Assembly (NCBI RefSeq): GCF_009914755.1
Contig: NC_060929.1
DNA from: the human T2T-CHM13v2.0 reference genome, Homo sapiens
Reading direction: 5' to 3' (one strand)
Length of the DNA: 64,000 nucleotides
In this document: positions 61,180 to 64,000 of the stretch, one piece after another
Numbering within the stretch: the stretch's first letter is position 1
Layout: each line of letters opens with the position of its first letter
Made by a program: the position numbers and the translations under genes
Notes under the pieces: model-generated
What the model saw: the letters and a program-made list of their open reading frames with translations, nothing else
What the model was told of the DNA's origin: nothing
Databases searched by the model: none

Positions 61180-64000
<2,821 letters not shown>

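Overview
Primate (sequence matches human as I recall it) genomic DNA containing the 3' end of PDE4D (cAMP-specific phosphodiesterase 4D) on the minus strand. Nine shared coding exons (43958 down to the stop at 25222) encode the end of UCR2, LR2, the catalytic domain and the C-terminal tail. An alternative first coding exon at 49984-50031 (MPEANYLLSVSWGYIK) with a candidate CCAAT/CACCC/TATA promoter completes a 1557-nt, 518-aa supershort isoform (PDE4D6) lying entirely within the window. A ~5.6-kb 3' UTR ends at a candidate ATTAAA + GU-rich site near 19600. The rest is intronic or intergenic and rich in transposons: a full-length decayed L1PA7-like element fused to an Alu inside one target-site duplication, an L1PA with a spliced 5' UTR (SpIRE97/622 type), a twin-primed L1 fragment with a tiny 3' transduction, a sense-oriented MLT2/ERV-L remnant, MaLR LTRs, MER DNA transposons, Alus, L2 and MIR. 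I found no prokaryotic-type system and no new protein-coding gene; the most interesting items are retrotransposition mechanisms fossilised in the sequence and post-transcriptional elements of PDE4D. Repeat subfamily names come from recalled consensus motifs, not from a search.
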